Positions 34,298 to 35,764 of a stretch of DNA of 35,764 nucleotides are shown piece by piece; within the stretch, counting starts at the first letter, position 1; every line of letters starts with the position of its first letter. The stretch is from an uncultured Gammaproteobacteria bacterium. Its GTDB lineage: Bacteria > Patescibacteriota > Patescibacteriia > UBA2196 > GWA2-42-15. The DNA lies in NCBI GenBank assembly GCA_964628705.1, contig CAZVLW010000001.1, positions 3,298-39,061 of the forward strand, given 5' to 3'. The notes beneath the pieces are model-generated. The model saw only the letters and a list, made by a program, of their open reading frames with translations, was not told where the DNA came from and did no database searches. The position numbers and the translations under genes were made by a program.

Positions 34298-34314
34298 GTG
34301 GATAACTAAACAAA

Positions 34315-34548
34315 TTAATGATGGTTGGCGTAGTTTTCTTCAGCCATCTGCCTAAACTGCTCGGCTCCCTTTTTATCTACAAACCACTCTAACATTTGTG
34401 AATCTGTTAACTCTTTTTCATTAATACCCAACTCTTTAGCTGCAAGCTGACGATTTCTCTGGTTGGTAGCTATCTCAATTTGTTTTTGATTATAATCTGC
34501 TAAATTATTTGGATCAACATATATATCTGGGGGGACTTCTGGTGGCAT
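34315..34548 (-). CDS. Small hypothetical protein immediately downstream of the PIN gene (possible cognate antitoxin/regulator)
   Basis: Its ATG lies 3 nt after the PIN stop. It is 77 aa, with a possible HTH-like stretch RQLAAKELGINEKELT. No family recognised. Confidence 0.5.
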   Translation of the reverse strand: MPPEVPPDIYVDPNNLADYNQKQIEIATNQRNRQLAAKELGINEKELTDSQMLEWFVDKKGAEQFRQMAEENYANHH

Positions 34549-34551
34549 AAA

Positions 34552-34959
34552 TTAAATACAATTTATAATTATTTTATAAGCTTTAGAGGGGGTAGTAATT
34601 TTTAAACCTCTAAATCCATTTAAATCCAATAAGTGGTGGTCGTTGGAAACTAATAAATTAGCTTTGGCTGCTAAAGCACAAGATATGAGCTTATTATCCT
34701 CGGGGTCTTCTCGCACCACTATTACTCGCGGTGTTTTGTTGGTTTTATTTTTATCTTTAAATATCTGATTGAGTTTTATCATTTTTTTACCAGCGGCTTT
34801 TCCAATATTAGATAAAATAAGATTAGCTTCTTTAAGTATAGCATGGCTCCACATTAAATCAATTTTACCCCGTTTAGCTAATTGAATTAATTTTGCTGAA
34901 AAGCTATTTTTGTTAAAACTCGTGGCCACTAATAAGTTGGTGTCAATAACTATCTTCAT
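34552..34959 (-). CDS. PIN-domain ribonuclease, putative toxin (PIN_3/TIGR00305-like)
   Basis: Conserved acidic residues appear in IVIDTNLL, REDPEDNKLISCA and LLVSNDHHLL. Confidence 0.8.
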   Translation of the reverse strand: MKIVIDTNLLVATSFNKNSFSAKLIQLAKRGKIDLMWSHAILKEANLILSNIGKAAGKKMIKLNQIFKDKNKTNKTPRVIVVREDPEDNKLISCALAAKANLLVSNDHHLLDLNGFRGLKITTPSKAYKIIINCI

Positions 34960-34977
34960 AAAAATTTAAGTGGTTGG

Positions 34978-35764
34978 TTATTGCTGAGTGAAATAAACAG
35001 GTATTTCTAAAGCATTGTCATTTTGCGGCAAACCTGAAGGGTTGGCCTTTTGTAAAATCAAAGAACCTCTATTACTCACAAAAGTGTCAACTGAAAAAAT
35101 TAAAGTGGCGCTGAAATCAACAAACTCTTCGGTCATCCATTCATCCTCGGCCTCAGCATAACCTTCAGCAATGATTTTACCATCCCAATCTGTTAAAATT
35201 ACAGGGAAGGTTGCCTCAAAAAACCAATTTCCTTTAGCTTGTCCCGTGACTTGAAGAGGACTGGTAATTTTTTGATTGGGCTTTGGGTTATCAAGTTGAA
35301 TAAGATCTAAAAGCTCATTCGTATTACCTATATTTTCAGTAAAAGTTTTGCCATCAGGTGTGGAACATTGACGCGGATAGCTCTCCATAACTGTGTAACC
35401 TGCTTCAATACACTCTTTAAAAGAAGAGATATCTAAAAAATCATCATCGGGGATATTATCATCTTGGCAAATTATCTGCCAATTTTTTAGTCGTGAGAAT
35501 TGCTGGCATTGTTGGCTCAATAAATCTGGCGAAATAACTGGACATTTGGCTACTTCTTCATTAATACTATTATAATAAATGGAACCACCCCCATCAAGCT
35601 GACTATCTACTTTGATATATTTATCATTGATAGAAACTTGAGCGACGTTTTGCTTAGAGCAATAGCTTTGCGCTGTTGAGCTTAAATCCGAAGCTAAATC
35701 GCCATCTTGGCTAGATGGTATAAAATAAGCCACAACCGACCCTAAAACCAATAATACAGCTACC
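34978..35764 (-). CDS. Gmad2 Ig-like domain protein, 5' end outside the window
   Basis: The C-terminal ITSPLQVTGQAKGNWFFEATFPVILTDWDGKIIAEGYAEAEDEWMTEEFVDFSATL matches the Gmad2 pattern. The frame stays open to the window edge through a TM-like segment. Confidence 0.7.
   Translation of the reverse strand, partial: VAVLLVLGSVVAYFIPSSQDGDLASDLSSTAQSYCSKQNVAQVSINDKYIKVDSQLDGGGSIYYNSINEEVAKCPVISPDLLSQQCQQFSRLKNWQIICQDDNIPDDDFLDISSFKECIEAGYTVMESYPRQCSTPDGKTFTENIGNTNELLDLIQLDNPKPNQKITSPLQVTGQAKGNWFFEATFPVILTDWDGKIIAEGYAEAEDEWMTEEFVDFSATLIFSVDTFVSNRGSLILQKANPSGLPQNDNALEIPVYFTQQ

Noticed and set aside
34070-34305. Two identical AGTGGATAA 9-mers (reverse complement TTATCCACT, 8/9 to the DnaA box) flanking the riboswitch leader at 34070-34078 and 34297-34305
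   Set aside because: Two 8/9 matches in AT-rich DNA are expected by chance. There is no AT-rich unwinding element or dnaA context. Noted only because one overlaps the -35 hexamer.

Overview
This is a low-GC bacterial chromosomal segment of about 36 kb, densely packed with housekeeping genes. By inference only, the gene set and short or truncated proteins suggest a reduced-genome, CPR/Patescibacteria-like organism.

Supported genes:
- DUF3048 protein and tRNA-Lys(UUU)
- a duplicated GILT/thioredoxin-like exported protein
- greA
- an mreB-mreC-mreD-PBP2 rod-shape operon
- proS, rseP, frr
- a BNR-repeat lipoprotein
- holB
- two GT4 glycosyltransferases
- a second mreB paralog
- a DUF2090/aldolase-like gene
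- dprA, a folC-like gene, topA
- a short Rel/SpoT homolog
- parB and parA
- an SDR oxidoreductase
- an orphan lipoprotein
- dus
- a PIN-toxin pair
- a Gmad2-domain protein, truncated at the window edge

I saw no rRNA, CRISPR array, transposase, integrase or phage genes.

The non-routine content is mostly non-coding:
1. A promoter, a cobalamin-riboswitch-like leader and an SD-sequestering terminator lie upstream of a secreted transcobalamin-like protein (alpha/alpha-toroid repeats plus a DUF4430-like domain). A small membrane-anchored partner and a translationally coupled dus follow. This is a candidate B12-capture system.
2. A 3.3-copy tandem array of a ~105-nt GC-rich multi-hairpin module sits between topA and rel. 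Its substitutions and indels preserve the pairing.
3. An orphan ~100-nt three-way-junction RNA candidate has its own TTGACA-17-TAATAT promoter and terminator.
4. The tRNA-Lys 3' end is duplicated, with an adjacent long hairpin and an 11-mer motif cluster.
5. Two further GC-rich structured islands lie at 12.6 kb and 19.2 kb.

All RNA-family and domain assignments come from motif recognition by eye and need Infernal/HMM confirmation.
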